This document shows, in pieces, positions 28,211 through 32,000 of a stretch of 32,000 nucleotides of DNA. A program made the translations under genes and the position numbers. This DNA is from Candidatus Saccharimonadota bacterium (GTDB lineage: Bacteria; Bacteroidota; Bacteroidia; Flavobacteriales; Blattabacteriaceae). The stretch lies in the NCBI RefSeq assembly GCF_000709555.1, contig NZ_CP006873.1:90001-122000 (forward strand). Reading direction: 5' to 3'. Every line of letters begins with the position of its first letter. The first letter of the stretch is position 1. Under the pieces are notes generated by a model. It worked only from the letters and a program-made list of their open reading frames with translations. It searched no databases and had not been told where the DNA came from.

Positions 28211-29524
28211 ATGTGGTTTTTTAGCCTAAAAAATTCTCAATATCGCGTAGAATTTAAAGAGGCTCTTAGTACAGGGTTAGCTCCGGATAAAGGATTATTT
28301 TTCCCGGAAAAAATTCCCCAAATATCAAAAAACTTCATTAATCAGATTTCAGAGCATAATTTATATGATCTCACTTTTGAAGTGATATATCCGTACGTTA
28401 CGAACACGATTACAAAAGAATATCTTAAAAAAATAATTCGGGAAACACTTAGTTTTCCATTTCCTATTCAAGCTATAAAAAAAGATATATACGCACTTGA
28501 ACTTTTTCATGGACCAACACTCTCTTTTAAAGATATAGGAGCTCAATTCATGGCTCGTTGTATAAATTATTTTCAGATAGACCACCCTTCAAAGATTACT
28601 GTTCTAGTAGCTACTTCCGGAGATACTGGAGGAGCTGTTGCAAACGGATTCTATAAAGTTCCTAATGTCAAAGTACTTATTCTTTATCCTTCTAAAAAAG
28701 TAAGTCCATTGCAAGAATTGCAATTAACTACTTTAGGAGAAAATGTTAGTGCTATAGAAGTAGAAGGAGATTTTGACGATTGTCAAAGTCTTGTTAAAAG
28801 CGCTTTCCTGGATGAACAATTGCAAAAAAAAATAACGCTTACTTCAGCTAACTCTATAAATATAGCAAGATGGCTACCACAGATGATTTATTATTTCATA
28901 GCCTATCGGTCATTGATAGGGGGTAAATCCAATAAAAAAATTGTTTTTTCTGTTCCAAGTGGGAATTTTGGAAATTTATGTGCTGGAATGATGACTTCTA
29001 AAATGGGACTACCTATAGAACATTTTATTGCCTCTACCAATATAAATGACACAGTCCCAAGATTTATGCAAAATGGCATATATTCTCCAATAGAATCAAA
29101 AGCTACTATTTCAAATGCTATGGACGTAGCTGATCCTAGCAACTTAGGACGACTATTGCATTTACACCCTTATTATAAGGATTTACAAAAGTATATGACC
29201 GCTTATAGTTTTTCAGACTATCAAACAATTGATAGTATACAGAAAATATGGAAAAATACAGGGTATATGCTAGACCCACATGGTGCCATTGCTTATCTAG
29301 GACTAGAACAATACTTCAATAAAAAAGGTAGAGATTCTTCTACTATTGGTGTTTTTTTAGCAACAGCTCATCCCGTAAAATTTGTAAACAAGTTTCCCCA
29401 AAAATTCCGTTCTCAGATTTGTATTCCTGATACGTTAAAACCGATGATGAAAAAAAATAAAAAAAGATCTAGGATATCAAAAGATTATAGTACCTTTAAA
29501 AGGTATCTTCTTGATAAAATATAA
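28211..29524 (+). CDS. thrC: Threonine synthase
   Basis: 437-aa ORF with LFHGPTLSFKDIGAQF (PLP lysine context), ATSGDTGGA and PSGNFGN. Confidence 0.95.
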   Translation: MWFFSLKNSQYRVEFKEALSTGLAPDKGLFFPEKIPQISKNFINQISEHNLYDLTFEVIYPYVTNTITKEYLKKIIRETLSFPFPIQAIKKDIYALELFHGPTLSFKDIGAQFMARCINYFQIDHPSKITVLVATSGDTGGAVANGFYKVPNVKVLILYPSKKVSPLQELQLTTLGENVSAIEVEGDFDDCQSLVKSAFLDEQLQKKITLTSANSINIARWLPQMIYYFIAYRSLIGGKSNKKIVFSVPSGNFGNLCAGMMTSKMGLPIEHFIASTNINDTVPRFMQNGIYSPIESKATISNAMDVADPSNLGRLLHLHPYYKDLQKYMTAYSFSDYQTIDSIQKIWKNTGYMLDPHGAIAYLGLEQYFNKKGRDSSTIGVFLATAHPVKFVNKFPQKFRSQICIPDTLKPMMKKNKKRSRISKDYSTFKRYLLDKI

Positions 29525-29526
29525 AT

Positions 29527-32000
29527 TTAGGAATCTTTTCTAAAGACTATCCCTTTTTCTGGAAAAAAATCGAGTCGTAATGTACTTCCTTCAGGGATAT
29601 TACCAGCGAGTATTTCCTTTGAAAGCTCATTCAATACTTCATGTTGAATGAGACGTTTTAATGGACGTGCTCCAAAATAAGGATCATATCCTTTTTCACT
29701 TAGATATTTTATGGCTTCAGGGCTCGCATTTAGTATAATATTGTTCCGATACAAAATTTGCGTAAGTTTTTTTAGCTGTATACTTGTAATAGCATAAATT
29801 TCTTCCTTAGTTAATGGCTTAAAAAGCACAATTTCATCAATTCGGTTAATAAATTCAGGTCTTACTACTTTTTGAAGTAGACTTAATAGTTCTTCTTTCA
29901 CCGGTTTTATACTATCATATTGGGAGCCTATACGCTCAAAATGTTTATGAATGAGTTCAGAACCTATGTTAGAGGTCATTATTATAATAGAATTTTTTAA
30001 ATTTACTGTCCGTCCCTTATTGTCAGTGAGCCTACCATCATCTAGCACCTGCAATAGTATGTTGAAAACATCTATATGAGCTTTTTCTATCTCATCTAGC
30101 AGAATAACAGAATAAGGACGGTGTCGTATTGCCTCAGTGAGTTGCCCTCCTTCTTCATAACCTATATATCCAGGAGGAGTACCGATAAGTCTACTTACAG
30201 AATGTCGTTCTTGATATTCACTCATGTCAATACGAACCATATTGGTTTCATCATTAAAAAGATATTCGGCTAGTGCTTTGGCGAGCTCGGTCTTACCTAT
30301 CCCGGTAGTACCTAAAAACAGAAAGGAACCGATGGGACGTTTTTCATCCTGAAGTCCTGCACGTGAACGACGTACAGCATTAGAAACGGATGCTATAGCA
30401 GCATGTTGCCCAATTACCCTTTTATGTAATTCTTTTTCCATATTTAAAAGTTTTTCTTTTTCACTCTGCAACATCCTTGTAACGGGTATTCCTGTCCATA
30501 GAGAAACTACTTCAGCTATTTCTTCACGGGTTACCTCTTCTTGAATTATTTTTTTCTCTGGACTTTTCTCCAGAAGTTCTTTTTCTAGATTTTTAACTCT
30601 TTCTTCCTCTTCCTTAATTTTCCCGTATCTTAATTCCGCCACTTTTCCATAGTCTCCGTAACGTTCTGCTTGTTCTGCGGCTATTTTATATAATTCTATA
30701 CTTTCCTTAGATTTCTGAATTCCTTCTACTAGTTCTTTTTCAGATTGCCATTGTGCGTTGAGTTCCTTACGTTCGTCATTAAGCTTATTTAATTCTTTCT
30801 TCAGAAGAGCAACTTGTTTATCATCGTTTTCTCGTTTAATGGCCTCTATCTGGATCTCAAGATGCGTAATTTTCCTATCTAGAACATCAAGAGATTCAGG
30901 TTTTGAATTAATCTCCATCCTAAGTTTAGCAGCGGATTCATCCATCAAATCTATGGCTTTGTCTGGAAGAAAACGATTACTTATATAACGTTGTGAAAGT
31001 TCAACTGCTGCGATGATTGCCTCATCTTTTATACGGACCTTATGATGAGACTCATATCTTTCTCGAATTCCACGAAGAATAGAAATAGCTGACTGAGTAT
31101 TCGGTTCATCTACATAAACATGCTGAAATCGACGTTCTAGTGCCTTATCTTTTTCAAAATATTTCTGATACTCATTTAAGGTCGTAGCTCCTATAGCACG
31201 TAAATCCCCACGAGCTAAGGCTGGTTTTAGAATATTAGCAGCATCCATAGCACCTTCCCCACCTCCACCAGCTCCAACAAGAGTATGAATTTCATCTATG
31301 AAAAGCACGATATGACCTGCAGATTGCGTTACCTCCCTAATCACAGATTTTAGACGTTCTTCAAATTCTCCTTTATATTTTGCTCCGGCAATTAATGCAC
31401 CCAGATCTAAGGATGATATTTGTTTATCTTTCAAATTATCTGGTATATCTCCATTAATAATCCGATGCACTAGCCCCTCGGCAATAGCCGTTTTTCCTAC
31501 TCCTGGTTCTCCAATAAGTATGGGGTTATTTTTTGTACGTCGTGAAAGGATTTGTAGCACACGACGAATTTCCTCGTCACGACCAATTACTGGATCTAGC
31601 TTTCCTTCACAAGCTAATTTATTAAGATTTTTAGAGTATTTTTCCAATGCGTTATAAGTTATATCCACTGTTTTAGAACTAATAGGACCGTTATTCTTAC
31701 GAATATCTGCTATAAGTTTTTCAATATCTATTTCCTTAACTCCTTGATTTTTAAATAGTTGTGAAACCGAATCATTTGCTTGAAAAATCGCCCATAAAAG
31801 ATGTTCGATAGAAACAAAACTATCTTTAGTTTTATCAGCAAGGATTTCAGCCTTATTAAGTGTTTGCAATATTTTTGGACTAAGATGTTGCGCAATATTT
31901 CCGGTTATTCTTGGCAACTTGTCAAGTAGTCGATAGATTTCTTGCTCTAGGGATTTCCGATTTACTTGAAGCTTTTTTAAAAAAAAGTGAGTCAAATTTT
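29527..32000 (-). CDS. clpB: ATP-dependent chaperone ClpB (C-terminal roughly 820 codons; the true start lies beyond the window end)
   Basis: The 822-aa minus ORF has Walker A in both domains (GEPGVGKTAIAEG and GTTGIGKTELAKA), a long coiled-coil M-domain and GARPLKR. The frame remains open past 31995 to the window edge, and about 40-50 N-terminal residues of the N-domain are missing. Confidence 0.95.
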   Translation of the reverse strand, partial: NLTHFFLKKLQVNRKSLEQEIYRLLDKLPRITGNIAQHLSPKILQTLNKAEILADKTKDSFVSIEHLLWAIFQANDSVSQLFKNQGVKEIDIEKLIADIRKNNGPISSKTVDITYNALEKYSKNLNKLACEGKLDPVIGRDEEIRRVLQILSRRTKNNPILIGEPGVGKTAIAEGLVHRIINGDIPDNLKDKQISSLDLGALIAGAKYKGEFEERLKSVIREVTQSAGHIVLFIDEIHTLVGAGGGGEGAMDAANILKPALARGDLRAIGATTLNEYQKYFEKDKALERRFQHVYVDEPNTQSAISILRGIRERYESHHKVRIKDEAIIAAVELSQRYISNRFLPDKAIDLMDESAAKLRMEINSKPESLDVLDRKITHLEIQIEAIKRENDDKQVALLKKELNKLNDERKELNAQWQSEKELVEGIQKSKESIELYKIAAEQAERYGDYGKVAELRYGKIKEEEERVKNLEKELLEKSPEKKIIQEEVTREEIAEVVSLWTGIPVTRMLQSEKEKLLNMEKELHKRVIGQHAAIASVSNAVRRSRAGLQDEKRPIGSFLFLGTTGIGKTELAKALAEYLFNDETNMVRIDMSEYQERHSVSRLIGTPPGYIGYEEGGQLTEAIRHRPYSVILLDEIEKAHIDVFNILLQVLDDGRLTDNKGRTVNLKNSIIIMTSNIGSELIHKHFERIGSQYDSIKPVKEELLSLLQKVVRPEFINRIDEIVLFKPLTKEEIYAITSIQLKKLTQILYRNNIILNASPEAIKYLSEKGYDPYFGARPLKRLIQHEVLNELSKEILAGNIPEGSTLRLDFFPEKGIVFRKDS

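Noticed and set aside
1844-30988. Short antisense or alternate-frame track ORFs lying inside longer genes. They are 1844-2053, 1899-2096, 2223-2498, 7679-7903, 8202-8408, 9385-9633, 13114-13305, 13929-14177, 15363-15569, 17934-18152, 18667-18885, 19006-19197, 20014-20214, 23056-23259, 25156-25338, 27472-27696, 28361-28585, 28903-29142 and 30758-30988.
   Set aside because: Each lies wholly within, or mostly opposite, a well-supported longer gene or fossil. Their composition is low-complexity and none shows a recognisable motif. Such shadow ORFs are expected by chance in AT-rich DNA.
1-32000. Alternative genetic code (TGA read as Trp), as in some tiny symbiont genomes, as an explanation for the broken genes.
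   Set aside because: All intact genes translate full length with the standard code and use TGG for conserved Trp. The interruptions in the fossils include TAA and TAG stops plus frameshifts and deletions, which recoding cannot fix.

Overview
The window is AT-rich (about 30% GC by eye), gene-dense and almost entirely coded on the + strand. Protein content and gene order suggest a reduced Flavobacteriia (Bacteroidota) insect-endosymbiont chromosome of the Blattabacterium, Uzinura, Walczuchella or Sulcia type. That lineage call is an inference and was not searched. Intact genes are efp, sucD, a 2-Cys peroxiredoxin, mtaB, pfkA, holA, a long dnaE with an N-terminal DEDDh exonuclease domain, and an arginine/carbamoyl-phosphate cluster. 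The cluster comprises a GNAT-argG fusion, argC, carA, carB, argF' and argB, and is followed by tRNA-Asp(GUC), thrA-thrB-thrC and a convergent clpB that runs off the 3' edge. I found no rRNA, CRISPR array, transposase, phage or defence-type module. The main signal is ongoing genome erosion. At least eight heavily deleted, multi-frameshifted gene fossils lie between the intact genes: lpxC/fabZ, gapA, trxB, pta, ackA, argD, a thioredoxin and an icd-like gene on the minus strand. Most were absent from the ORF track or appeared only as fragments. Two otherwise intact adjacent genes, carB and argF', are each broken only by one extra A in an A10 or A9 homopolymer. These are candidates for transcriptional-slippage rescue, very recent inactivation or assembly error. 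Other structural points are a 21-bp tandem repeat array at the GNAT/ArgG junction and an in-frame 18-bp tandem duplication in dnaE. The thioredoxin/thioredoxin-reductase pair is dead while its peroxiredoxin client is intact. Pseudogene identities rest on my own translation and remembered family motifs, with no database search.
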